DNA of 64,000 bases, from contig CAILDB010000014.1 in assembly GCA_903832855.1 (NCBI GenBank), forward strand, positions 144 through 64,143, written 5' to 3'. The position numbers were made by a program, and so were the translations under genes. The DNA comes from an uncultured bacterium. Lineage in GTDB: Bacteria; Patescibacteriota; Minisyncoccia; Phycocordibacterales; GWA1-40-21. This document shows, piece by piece, positions 20,645 through 30,641 of the stretch. The stretch's first letter is position 1. Each line of letters begins with the position of its first letter. The notes under the pieces were generated by a model, which did not search any database, was not told the DNA's origin, and saw only the letters and a program-made list of their open reading frames with translations.

Positions 20645-22468
20645 ATGTTGAAAAATAGATTTAATAAAAAAGTTATCTCAGGAATTCTAATAACAGCGAT
20701 TGTAGCGATAAATTTTTCATTTATAACTATTCCACAAAAAGCAAAAGCGAATGGGGAAACCGTGGTACAACCTGTATTAATACCTCCAACTGGGGTAACT
20801 GGTCTTCCTGTTTCAGATTTTACTGTACAGGCACAAAATTTTCAAAATCACGCAGAGGCATTCATGGTACAAGTGGCAGACAGATTTGCAAGAACTATAG
20901 CAAAGGTTTTTATACTCACTCTTGCTCAACAAATTGCAGATTGGATTGCGGGTGGATTTCAAGGTAACCCTTCTTTTTTAAATGATCCGGCCAGATTTGC
21001 AGTGAATATTACAAACCAAACTATTGGCGAATTTATTTACAATGACCCATCACTTAGTTTCCTATGTAAACCATTTCAACTTCAAATAAAACTTTCTCTA
21101 GCAATACAACACAGAAAATTTTATCAGACAGTTAATTGTACTTTGACTGGAGTAGTAAATAATGTAACTAATGCCATCATGGACCCTTATAATGCATTTA
21201 AAAACGGCGACTTTATAGGAGGAGGAGGGTGGGACTCATTTCTCGTAATGACTACAGACCCGAATGCTACACCCGAAGGGGCATTCCTCACAATGAGCAG
21301 TGAACTTGACGCGAGAATACAAAATAAACAAGGAGCTCTTACCAAGGAACTATCGCAAGGTATGGGATCTTTATCATTTAAAAAATGTACAGAGACAAGC
21401 TACGCGGTAACCAAAACACCCGACGGTATAACAGAAAGACAAGAAGTCGCCGGCAGTCAAAGAGAATATACAGGTAACCCTTTCTATGATCAATCCACTA
21501 CGACAACATCTTACACAAGTGCAGGTGATAATCAAGTAAATAATTGGAATAGTCTATGGGATACATCGTACACATACGAAGGAACAGACAAAGTCACGGA
21601 CTGCAAAACCACAACCCCAGGTGCCTTGATTGCCTCCAACTTATTTTCTTCAAGTCAATCCGGTCAAAGGATGGGCGAATTTCAAGCGGTTGTAGGTGAT
21701 GCAATGGACATAATAATAGGTGGCGTATCTACACTTGTAGTGTCGACTGCTCTAGCAAAAATAAGAGAGGCCTTTTCTGGTAGTACTCAAAATTACGCTA
21801 GCATAGATCAAATAACTGCAGACCTGCAAGCTCAACAAGCACAACAGGCGGCCTACAATGCGACATATAATAGTGGGGGAAGTTTAGGAGGTGGCACAAT
21901 TAGTGGTGGTTCTATTTATACTGACTCATTATATACACAAAGAAATAGCGCAATAGAAGCAATAAATAATCAGATAGGTTATGAAACAGTGTATCAAACA
22001 ACTCAAAATCATATTCTTAATTATCTAAATAATATAAGGACCCTTTTTGTTCAATTGCAGGGATGTTATAACACAAATAGCGGTGCTGGTGACGGACAAA
22101 ATGGTCTGAGAGCTAGTGCAATACAATCGGCTGTCCTAAATGCGATAGACGGACAGATTAATCCTTCAACAGGAAGTTATCTTTTTGCATTAAATGTTAA
22201 TGTGATAAATAATCATATCGCAAGCTCCACAGCAAATGGCTCCAACCTAAGTGCTCGGCTAACAGCAGTTCAAAATGCTACTACTGCAACACAAATCAGC
22301 AGCCAATTAAGCGGTCTGGGTAATGCTCCTTTCCATTCATCTACAGAAGCTGTAAGCACAAGTAATGCTGATTCCATTTATGCTTGGGCAACGACAGGGG
22401 TAATTGGTAATTACAATAACCAGAATGTTTGTTCAGCCACGATTCCTGCATACACGGGTAGTGAGTAG
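20645..22468 (+). CDS. Secreted hypothetical protein of the T4SS-like cluster
   Basis: Signal peptide (PQKAKA), paired Cys, position upstream of virB6/virB4-like genes. Confidence 0.7.
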   Translation: MLKNRFNKKVISGILITAIVAINFSFITIPQKAKANGETVVQPVLIPPTGVTGLPVSDFTVQAQNFQNHAEAFMVQVADRFARTIAKVFILTLAQQIADWIAGGFQGNPSFLNDPARFAVNITNQTIGEFIYNDPSLSFLCKPFQLQIKLSLAIQHRKFYQTVNCTLTGVVNNVTNAIMDPYNAFKNGDFIGGGGWDSFLVMTTDPNATPEGAFLTMSSELDARIQNKQGALTKELSQGMGSLSFKKCTETSYAVTKTPDGITERQEVAGSQREYTGNPFYDQSTTTTSYTSAGDNQVNNWNSLWDTSYTYEGTDKVTDCKTTTPGALIASNLFSSSQSGQRMGEFQAVVGDAMDIIIGGVSTLVVSTALAKIREAFSGSTQNYASIDQITADLQAQQAQQAAYNATYNSGGSLGGGTISGGSIYTDSLYTQRNSAIEAINNQIGYETVYQTTQNHILNYLNNIRTLFVQLQGCYNTNSGAGDGQNGLRASAIQSAVLNAIDGQINPSTGSYLFALNVNVINNHIASSTANGSNLSARLTAVQNATTATQISSQLSGLGNAPFHSSTEAVSTSNADSIYAWATTGVIGNYNNQNVCSATIPAYTGSE

Positions 22469-22489
22469 GTTAGTTGTTTAAGTTTTTTC

Positions 22490-22733
22490 CGTCATTGCGA
22501 CCCCGTACTTGATACGGGGGAAGCAATCCAGTCATTCAGTTCCGTCATTCCCACCGTTCTTTTCCCCCGTTTGTCATCCCGTTGAAGGTCGTGAGCTTGG
22601 GTTGGGACCCAAGCGCAAGATCGGAGCGCGACGGCGCGAGATGGGCCCTGCAGGCTTTTCAGCAGAAAAGCACTGTGGGGATCCATCCAATAATTCCAGA
22701 TGAATTTTTTTGAGCCGCTCAAAAAAATTCATC
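22490..22733. repeat. Composite palindromic repeat region
   Basis: CGTC-type element 22490-22531, TGTCATCCC...GGGATCCAT element containing GAGCGCGACGGCGCGAG and CTTTTCAGCAGAAAAG, then GATGAATTTTTTTGAGC/GCTCAAAAAAATTCATC hairpin. Confidence 0.75.
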
Positions 22734-22757
22734 CATCACAAAACAAAAAAACAAATA

Positions 22758-25181
22758 ATGAAAAAAATAACGCAAAAAAACTTCTTCACATCCACCACAT
22801 TCAAGCTTTTCATTGCATCCGCAATGATGCTCGGAGTTTTTTTGTTGCCGGTGAAAATAGCTGTGAATAATTCTGGGGTCGGTGTTTCTGTGCAGAAAAC
22901 TTTGGCGCAAACTACTTTAAGTATCGACCAGCAGCTGGTAATTTTGGAAAATTCTACTTCTTTGACTCCCTATCAAAAATGCATAGTAAGAGCTATGATA
23001 AACCATCCTATATTAAGTCGCATACCTCAATGGAATGTATTTAATGCGGCCACTTGCAGTAAAACCGTGAAGGCTGTAGCAACTGCTACAATAAGTGGTG
23101 CTTTGGGAATACCTACACTAGTAATGGCATTTATCTTTTGGCTTATAAGAGCCATTGTAGGATGGCTAGCTACAATTTCGGCACGGCTTTTAGATTATTC
23201 AATAGTAGTAGCAATTGGTTTTGATTATACTACCGCGGTATCTGGAATAACAAAAGTATGGACGCTCATTAGAGACCTTTGTAACATTTCTCTTGTCTTT
23301 ATATTACTTTATGCAGGAATAATGCAAATAATTGGCTTTGCAAAAGCAAATACAAAACAAATAATTATTAATGTTGTTATTGTCGGATTATTTTTAAATT
23401 TTAGTTTATTTTTTACAAGAGTCGCTATAGATGCAAGCAATATTGTTTCAACCGCTCTTTATAATCAAATCGTAACTATAAGTGGTTCAACGAATTTCTC
23501 TGCGTCATTAATAGATGGACTAGGCATCAGTGCTGTTTTATCAAATAACACTATATCAACTAGTGATTTAGGTAACTTAAATCTCGTTTCAGCTATTACA
23601 AACATAAGTGTAATAATATCTTTTGTCCCTCAAATTATACTTTTTTCTATAATTCTCTGGGCTTTTTTATCGGTTGCTTTTCTTTTTATTGGTAGAGTAG
23701 TGATGGTTATAATTTTAATGGCCATATCACCAATAGGATTTATAGGGTTAGCTATAGGTCATCTTTCAAAAGAACTTGAGGATGCTTCTATTTGGTGGAG
23801 AAAGCAACTTTTAAATCAAATGTTTGTTATACCAATATTTTTGGTTTTTCTGATTATAATTATGAGCCTATGTTCAGTTGCAGGTAAGATCGCTCTCTCT
23901 TCGGATGTTATACTGTCAGCACTTAAATCAGGTACTCTTGATTTTTCTGCATATCTCATCTTTTTCATATTAATTTTCTTACTAACCAAAGCTGTAAGTA
24001 TCGCCAAAAAAACAAGCGGGGCAGTCGCCGAATTTGGAAACGGGATGGTAGGAAAACTTGGAGGAATGGTGGTGGGGGCTGGTCTTACAGTCGCTACTGG
24101 AGGAGGTGCGTTCTTGGCTAAAAGCACAATAGGAAGAGCTGCATCAACTATTGCAAGTGGAAAAGGAAGAATCGGGGGTATGCTAAATAAAGCTGCTAAT
24201 AATGGAAATACTTTAGCACAATGGACAATAGGTGGAGCAAAGAAAACTGCGGGAGCGGGTTTTGATGTTAGAAATACTGCGGGTGGAGCTTGGTTTAATA
24301 AAACAACAGGTATAAATGCAAATACAAATATTCTAGGGACGGGAATTGGTCAAGCACAAAAAGGAGGGTTCACTGATGCACAAAAGAAATACAACGAACA
24401 ACAAGTTGAATATGCAAAGAGAGCATCTCAGCTTACAGACGCGGACAAAGACAAAGCGACAGCAAAAGTAGAAGAAACCAGAATAAATCTCGGTGGAGAT
24501 ATACAAACATTAACGCAAAAACTAACGGGATTGGCGACAGACAAGACAAGACTGGAGGCAGAAAAGGCAAGTAAAGAAACAGACAAAACGAACATCGAAA
24601 CATTAATCGCCGGGCTAAAAGCACACGATGGAGATATCGATTTTAAAACTGGGAAAAAGATTGATAACACTGCGGCAATTAAACAAAAAGAGGATGAAAT
24701 GAAACTAAAAGAAGCAGAGATAAAACAAAAAAGTGCCGAGATTGATGAAAAGATTTCAGATATAAAAACTAAAACTGCAGAAAAAAAGAAAAAAGAAGAC
24801 GAATATACAAAAATAAATAGTGTTGATGGTCATCGAGAAGCCCAGGAAAAAGAAGAGAAAACTATTTCCAAAGAAAAGATGAGAAACTATGCTGACAATG
24901 TAGAAAATGGGCAAAATGCTTCGCGCATATCACTAAAAACTGGTTTTGTCAGTAGAAGTCAAATGAGCGCAACAGCAGAAGGAATAAGAAAAGCTATTGG
25001 TGAAAAAAGTTTAACAGAATTGATAGGTGAAAAGGCAATTGAAGATGAAAAGAAAAAGCAGGCCGCTTTGGGCTCTTCTCCTGCACCAACCCCAGTTCCT
25101 CCGACTCCTGTAAGACCAGTGACACCCCCTCCATCACCAAGACCAACACCGACGACCCATTCCGTTCCACCAACTCATTAA
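22758..25181 (+). CDS. VirB6/TrbL-like polytopic membrane protein with coiled-coil and Pro-rich tail
   Basis: Many TM segments, WTLIRDLCN and LNFSLFFTRVAIDASN motifs, context of prgI/virB4. Confidence 0.7.
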   Translation: MKKITQKNFFTSTTFKLFIASAMMLGVFLLPVKIAVNNSGVGVSVQKTLAQTTLSIDQQLVILENSTSLTPYQKCIVRAMINHPILSRIPQWNVFNAATCSKTVKAVATATISGALGIPTLVMAFIFWLIRAIVGWLATISARLLDYSIVVAIGFDYTTAVSGITKVWTLIRDLCNISLVFILLYAGIMQIIGFAKANTKQIIINVVIVGLFLNFSLFFTRVAIDASNIVSTALYNQIVTISGSTNFSASLIDGLGISAVLSNNTISTSDLGNLNLVSAITNISVIISFVPQIILFSIILWAFLSVAFLFIGRVVMVIILMAISPIGFIGLAIGHLSKELEDASIWWRKQLLNQMFVIPIFLVFLIIIMSLCSVAGKIALSSDVILSALKSGTLDFSAYLIFFILIFLLTKAVSIAKKTSGAVAEFGNGMVGKLGGMVVGAGLTVATGGGAFLAKSTIGRAASTIASGKGRIGGMLNKAANNGNTLAQWTIGGAKKTAGAGFDVRNTAGGAWFNKTTGINANTNILGTGIGQAQKGGFTDAQKKYNEQQVEYAKRASQLTDADKDKATAKVEETRINLGGDIQTLTQKLTGLATDKTRLEAEKASKETDKTNIETLIAGLKAHDGDIDFKTGKKIDNTAAIKQKEDEMKLKEAEIKQKSAEIDEKISDIKTKTAEKKKKEDEYTKINSVDGHREAQEKEEKTISKEKMRNYADNVENGQNASRISLKTGFVSRSQMSATAEGIRKAIGEKSLTELIGEKAIEDEKKKQAALGSSPAPTPVPPTPVRPVTPPPSPRPTPTTHSVPPTH

Positions 25182-25192
25182 ATTAAATAATT

Positions 25193-25960
25193 ATGGACGA
25201 TAAAGAAATACAGGACATCATAGCCGAGCAAATGAAAAAACTTCCTACCGATGTGAAGGATGCGGTTTTTTCGGTGGATTATAGTGCAATATTGGACCAG
25301 ATTACGAGGAAAAATCGATTACTCATAGATCAAGCAGGGAAGCTAGAAGTGGAAACCACTCTTGTAATGGTAGGGCTTGAGCCACTTGTGGATTACAAGA
25401 AAAATTTGATGAAAAATCTGGTGGTGGATGAAAAAGAAGCGAGTGCAATAGTGGCAGATGTAAATGAACTTATATTTAAAAAAATTCGCGCATCACTTCA
25501 AAAAATAAATGAGGAAATGGAGATGGACGAAACGCTGGAAGAGCAGGAAATTCAAAAAGAAAATGTCCTTCAGGGAATTGAGGACCCAAGTAAAATACCT
25601 TTGAGAGAAGGGACGGTTTCCATTAGTTCTCTTGCTTCAAATAGTGGAAGGCCAACGACAGAAACAGAAATTTTTTCTAAAGGAGTTGAAATTAACACAC
25701 CAATAGACAATAATGTTTCTGCGATGAGGCAAATTCCACCGGCTCCCAAACCCCCGCTTCTTCTTACAAACACACTTTCCGCAAATCCTAAAAGGCAAAT
25801 AGATGATGTGATAGCGGAGAAGATGAGTGGAGCTACCAGTTTGCCAAAAGAAAGTATTCGTATGGAAGAAGTGAGCAAAATTCCACAAAAGACAGAACTT
25901 AAGCCCGAGCCAAAACCAGAGTTCAAAAAATTTGACGCTTATAGAGAGCCGATAGAATAG
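25193..25960 (+). CDS. Conserved hypothetical protein
   Basis: 255-aa ORF in operon, ends DAYREPIE. Confidence 0.75.
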   Translation: MDDKEIQDIIAEQMKKLPTDVKDAVFSVDYSAILDQITRKNRLLIDQAGKLEVETTLVMVGLEPLVDYKKNLMKNLVVDEKEASAIVADVNELIFKKIRASLQKINEEMEMDETLEEQEIQKENVLQGIEDPSKIPLREGTVSISSLASNSGRPTTETEIFSKGVEINTPIDNNVSAMRQIPPAPKPPLLLTNTLSANPKRQIDDVIAEKMSGATSLPKESIRMEEVSKIPQKTELKPEPKPEFKKFDAYREPIE

Positions 25961-25969
25961 AAAAAATAA

Positions 25970-26434
25970 ATGCAATTTCAAACACCACAGTTTATAGAAG
26001 TTGAGGACAAAATTTTTGCCCGATTAACTTTCAAGCAAGCTATTTACATTGGCGGTGGTGGGGGAATGGCTTTTACTGCCTTTTATTTTATTCCTTTTAA
26101 AATAATTTCTATTCCTATCGCTCTTGCATTTGCTATTTTCGGATTAATGCTTGCTTTTTACAGGCCAAATAACCGCTCTTTTGTCTTTATGCTCCAATCC
26201 GCATTTTATTATTTCACAAATAGCCGTCTTTACATCTGGAAAAAGAAAGAAAATATTCCAGTGCATACTGGTTTGGAAGAAGGCGCAAGAAAGACAACCC
26301 CTTTATATATTCCCAAACTTTCTGACAGTAAATTAAAAGACCTGACATGGAGTTTGGATATTAAAGAGTCGCTGAATCCTGTCACAAGAGACAAAAAGCC
26401 GGATGGTAGGGTGCTGGGTGGGGAGAGAATATAG
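25970..26434 (+). CDS. PrgI-family (VirB3-like) membrane protein
   Basis: QFQTPQFIEVEDKIFARLTFKQ start, two TMs, upstream of VirB4. Confidence 0.8.
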   Translation: MQFQTPQFIEVEDKIFARLTFKQAIYIGGGGGMAFTAFYFIPFKIISIPIALAFAIFGLMLAFYRPNNRSFVFMLQSAFYYFTNSRLYIWKKKENIPVHTGLEEGARKTTPLYIPKLSDSKLKDLTWSLDIKESLNPVTRDKKPDGRVLGGERI

Positions 26435-26484
26435 AAAACAGAGGGGATGGATCCCGACCTGCGTCGGGATGACAGACGGGGACA

Positions 26485-26576
26485 TTTGCAAACAGCCACG
26501 AAGTAAAGTTTTTTACAAACGTCCCTGGCCGGACTTGGGACGTTTTAAAGAACTTTATGAAGTGGGTGCTTGCAAA
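26485..26576. repeat. Hairpin element family C copy 1
   Basis: Core GTCCCTGGCCGGACTTGGGAC at 26521-26541 inside nested IRs. Confidence 0.8.
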
Positions 26577-26613
26577 CAGGATATTCAAATAATTTTTATG
26601 ATATAATATAAAA

Positions 26614-27267
26614 ATGCCGGAAACAAAAACAACAGCACGGGCAACACAGGACTTTGTTCCTATCAAAGAAATTCGTGATGGGGTTATTATTTTGAAAGAT
26701 AATTCAATGCGAGCTGTGATAATGGTTTCATCTATCAACTTTGCTTTGAAGTCCGTGGAGGAGCAGGAGGCCGTGATATATCAATTTCAAAATTTTTTAA
26801 ACTCTTTGGACTTTTCTATTCAAATTTCCATTCAGTCAAGGGAGCTTGACATCAGGCCCTACCTAGCCCTACTTGAAGAAAGATACAAAGGCGAGCTTAG
26901 CGACCTTATGAAAATACAAATCAAAGAATACATTGCTTTCATCAAGGCCTTCGTGGAACAATCCAGCATTATGACCAAAACATTTTTCATTGTAATTCCT
27001 TTTGCACAAACACTCATCACACCTTCTTCAAATAATATTGTGAGTAATCTTTTGGGCAAGAAACAAGCGCCAAGCGCACAGGCAGGCGGACAAAATGATA
27101 CATTTATAGAAAACAGAACTCAAATAGAACAGAGAATTGGTGTGGTGCAAAGCGGACTTATCAGATGCGGACTCAAAAGTGTAGAGCTCGGCACAGATGA
27201 GATAGTAGAATTGTTCTACAAGATTTTCAATCCGGGGGACTTAGAAAAACCAATCGTAAATGCATAA
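26614..27267 (+). CDS. VirB4 N-terminal-like (TraC-like) protein
   Basis: TQDFVPIKEIRDG, SINFALKSVEEQEA, FLNSLDF motifs; adjacent to VirB4. Confidence 0.7.
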   Translation: MPETKTTARATQDFVPIKEIRDGVIILKDNSMRAVIMVSSINFALKSVEEQEAVIYQFQNFLNSLDFSIQISIQSRELDIRPYLALLEERYKGELSDLMKIQIKEYIAFIKAFVEQSSIMTKTFFIVIPFAQTLITPSSNNIVSNLLGKKQAPSAQAGGQNDTFIENRTQIEQRIGVVQSGLIRCGLKSVELGTDEIVELFYKIFNPGDLEKPIVNA

Positions 27268-27275
27268 ATAACAAT

Positions 27276-29105
27276 ATGGGATTTTTAAATAATTTATTTG
27301 GTAAAAAGGAGAAAAAGCAAGATGAATTAACATCTTTTTTGCCTCAAGAAATATATGAGGCGGGCGTTTTGGAGTTGCAAGACATTATTGCACCATCGGC
27401 ACTTAAAATTACTCCAAAAGAATTAAATCTTGGAGAAAAAATAGTCCGCACATTTTTTGTCATTTCATATCCGAGATTTTTGACAGAAAGTTGGTTTGCA
27501 CCTGTCATAAACTTGGATAAAGTTTTTAATGTTTCCATTTTTGTCCACCCGATAGACACTGCAAAAATTTTAAAGACATTTCAGAAAAAAGTTGCAGAAG
27601 TTCAAAGCCAAATAAATGACAGAGAGAGAAGGGGACTTGTTCGTGACCCCGTTCTTGACACCGCATATCAGGACTTAGAGGGCTTGAGGGACAATCTTCA
27701 GCAAGCTCAAGAAAAACTTTTTGATGTGGGCCTTTACATTACAATTTATGCAAACAACGAGGAGGAATTAAACAAATTTGAATCGGAAATCAAGTCCATT
27801 TTGGAGTCACGACTCATCTATGTCAAGCCAGCACTTTTTCAGCAAGAGCAAGCATACAAAAGTGTCCTTCCTATCGCCACAGACCTTCTTGAAATTCATT
27901 CCAAACTCAACTCTTCTCCACTTTCAAGTATTTTTCCTTTCGTTTCTTTTGACCTCACATCAGACAAAGGAATTCTTTATGGAATAAACAGACACAATTC
28001 TAGTTTAGTTATTTTTGACAGATTTTCTTTGGAAAACTACAACTCTGTGACTTTTGCAAAAGCAGGTGCAGGAAAGTCGTATGCCACGAAGCTAGAAATT
28101 CTCCGCAGTTTGATGTTTGATATTGATGTGATGGTTATTGATCCTGAAAAAGAATACGAATTCCTTGCAGAGGCAGCAGGCGGAAAGTCCTTTTCTATTT
28201 CTTTAAACTCTGATTCACACTTAAACCCATTCGATTTGCCGGTGCCTAGAGAAGATGAATCATCGGCAAATGTATTGAGATCAAATATTATAAACCTCGT
28301 CGGACTTTTCCGACTAATGCTCGGCGGACTTACACAAGAAGAAGATGCTATTGTGGACAGAGCAATCGCAGAAACATATGCATTGAAAGATATCACACCG
28401 GATTCTGATTTTTCAAATATTGAGCCACCTTTGCTCTCTGATTTTGAGCTTGTGCTTACCGGTATGAAAGGTGCAGAGTCAGTAGTTCAAAAACTTTCAA
28501 AATATACGAGAGGTACTTGGGCGGGATTTCTCAATAAATCTACAAACATTGATATTGACCATAAATTTATTGTTTTCTCTATCCGAGATATGGAGGATGA
28601 GCTCAAGCCGGTTGCAATGTACCTTATTACTCACCATATTTGGAATGCAGTTAGAAAAAATCTAAAAAAGAGATTACTGGTCATAGATGAGGCGTGGTGG
28701 ATGATGAAGTCCGAAGACACAGCATCTTTCCTTTTCAGTATGGCAAAAAGAGGAAGAAAATATTATCTCGGTCTAGCCACTATTACGCAAGATGTGGACG
28801 ACTTTTTGCGTTCTCCTTATGGTCAGCCAATTGTCACCAACTCTTCAATTCAAATTCTTCTCAAACAATCGCCAACTGCCGTGGATAATTTGCAAAAAAT
28901 GTTTAATCTGACAGATGAAGAAAAGTTTTTGCTTATTGAGTCAGATGTGGGGGAGGGAATGTTTTTCGTAGGCTCAAAACATGTCGCAATTAAAATATAT
29001 GCTTCTTATACAGAAGACCAAATAATGACTTCCGATCCTTCGCAAATTCTCGCCATCAGAAAAGCCAAACAAGAATACAATGTAGCAAATGGTTTGATGG
29101 GGTGA
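27276..29105 (+). CDS. VirB4-family ATPase
   Basis: Walker A AKAGAGKS, IDPEKEY, Walker B VIDEAW, RGRKY, ITQ. Confidence 0.9.
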   Translation: MGFLNNLFGKKEKKQDELTSFLPQEIYEAGVLELQDIIAPSALKITPKELNLGEKIVRTFFVISYPRFLTESWFAPVINLDKVFNVSIFVHPIDTAKILKTFQKKVAEVQSQINDRERRGLVRDPVLDTAYQDLEGLRDNLQQAQEKLFDVGLYITIYANNEEELNKFESEIKSILESRLIYVKPALFQQEQAYKSVLPIATDLLEIHSKLNSSPLSSIFPFVSFDLTSDKGILYGINRHNSSLVIFDRFSLENYNSVTFAKAGAGKSYATKLEILRSLMFDIDVMVIDPEKEYEFLAEAAGGKSFSISLNSDSHLNPFDLPVPREDESSANVLRSNIINLVGLFRLMLGGLTQEEDAIVDRAIAETYALKDITPDSDFSNIEPPLLSDFELVLTGMKGAESVVQKLSKYTRGTWAGFLNKSTNIDIDHKFIVFSIRDMEDELKPVAMYLITHHIWNAVRKNLKKRLLVIDEAWWMMKSEDTASFLFSMAKRGRKYYLGLATITQDVDDFLRSPYGQPIVTNSSIQILLKQSPTAVDNLQKMFNLTDEEKFLLIESDVGEGMFFVGSKHVAIKIYASYTEDQIMTSDPSQILAIRKAKQEYNVANGLMG

Positions 29106-29173
29106 GGTGTTATGCCTGCCCCGTAGTGAATTTGATGGCAAATTCTACTACTGGGTGTTATAATTAAAAAAGA

Positions 29174-30184
29174 ATGAGTAAAAAAATCTTTACATTTTTT
29201 GGTCTTTCTATAGCTTTGACGGCGGTTTTGATAATTCCTTCTTTTTCTTTTGCTCAGACAGCAAGTTTGCAAAATATTACAAACTCCTCTCTCTCAATAT
29301 CACCTAGCAACCCAAAATTTGGAGATACTGTGACGGGAACTTTAACAAATGTTTACAAAAATTTAAATATTGCAACTATTTCTTGGTATGTAGATGGAAA
29401 TTTAAAGAAAGAAGGGGTTGGAATAACAAGTTTTTCTTTCGGTTTATCCAAAAAAACAAATGCGGTGACAATAAAAGCAGTGATAAGTTCCTCAGATTTC
29501 AATGATACGGTCACACAAAAGATTCAGCCAGCAGATGTTGACCTCGTCTTTGAACCACAGTCATATGCGCCATATTTTTACAAGGGTTCACCTCTTTTTA
29601 TCACAATGGGAACAGTCAAAGTTCTGGCAATTCCAGTAATTGTAAAAGATGGAGTGAAAATACCTGCGTCACAACTCACTTACACTTGGAATTTAAATGG
29701 AATAATAAATGGCGACGCATCTGGCAGAGGCAAAAATACTTTTGTTTTTAGTGGAAATGGAATTGATGATGAAGGAGATGTGGAAGTAACCGTGACAGAT
29801 GACAGCAAAAAAATAACAGCTGATAAATCAATGTCTATTTCGGCCTCAAATCCAAGTATTATGATCTATGAAGACAATCCTGCTTATGGATTATTTTGGA
29901 ACAATGCCCTGACCGGAAATGTAAACATTGGTTCAAAAGAAGAAATAGATATTATGGCATACCCGTTTAATTTTGATGTGAAAAGCGCAGATGATTCAGC
30001 TTTGACTATGGATTGGACTGTAAATGGGCAAAGCTATACTGCGCCGGTAAAGAAAAATGCTATTGCTCTCAAACAAGTTGCTTCTTCTGGTTCCGGTAGC
30101 GCAAATGTTGGCTTGAGTGTGGCAAATAACGCCAGAATATTTCAATTTGGAAGTTTTAATTTTACATTAAGTTATGCAAAGTAG
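29174..30184 (+). CDS. Secreted beta-rich (Ig-like) protein
   Basis: Signal peptide SFSFA; YAPYFYKG motif. Confidence 0.7.
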   Translation: MSKKIFTFFGLSIALTAVLIIPSFSFAQTASLQNITNSSLSISPSNPKFGDTVTGTLTNVYKNLNIATISWYVDGNLKKEGVGITSFSFGLSKKTNAVTIKAVISSSDFNDTVTQKIQPADVDLVFEPQSYAPYFYKGSPLFITMGTVKVLAIPVIVKDGVKIPASQLTYTWNLNGIINGDASGRGKNTFVFSGNGIDDEGDVEVTVTDDSKKITADKSMSISASNPSIMIYEDNPAYGLFWNNALTGNVNIGSKEEIDIMAYPFNFDVKSADDSALTMDWTVNGQSYTAPVKKNAIALKQVASSGSGSANVGLSVANNARIFQFGSFNFTLSYAK

Positions 30185-30632
30185 AAAAAACAAAAAAATA
30201 TTAGCAATGATTTCTTTCTTGTTTGTTTTTTATGCAACGGTGCCTTTTGTTTTTTGTTTTGCACAAACGGATACTGGCTTAACATCACATTTACAGGATA
30301 TAGATGGTGGTAAAAAACAGTATGTACCATTAGAACAAACCGCAATTAATGCAGCCCTTGGTACAACAGGAAACCCGACCTCGGATCTTGCCACTTTTAT
30401 AAAAGCTGTCTATAATTTTGGGGTTGCTGCTGCTGCCGCCCTTGCCGTCCTTATGATTGCTTGGGGTGGAATAGAATATATGACAACCGATGCTTTTTAC
30501 GGTAAAAGTGAAGCAAAGGGTAAAATAACTGGTGCTCTCTGGGGACTTCTTCTCGTTCTTTCATCATATTTGATTCTTTGGACAGTCAACCCTTCTATAT
30601 TAAATATTCCAGCATTTTTACAAAGTAATTAA
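30174..30632 (+). CDS. T4SS pilin-like (VirB2/TrbC-like) protein
   Basis: AALAVLMIAWGGIEYMT...AKGKITGALWGLLLVLSSYLILWTVNP. Confidence 0.75.
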   Translation: MQSRKNKKILAMISFLFVFYATVPFVFCFAQTDTGLTSHLQDIDGGKKQYVPLEQTAINAALGTTGNPTSDLATFIKAVYNFGVAAAAALAVLMIAWGGIEYMTTDAFYGKSEAKGKITGALWGLLLVLSSYLILWTVNPSILNIPAFLQSN

Positions 30633-30641
30633 AATTAAAAA

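Noticed and set aside
25070-25180. Pro-rich repeat as a second variable region
   Set aside because: Low-complexity tail with no template copy
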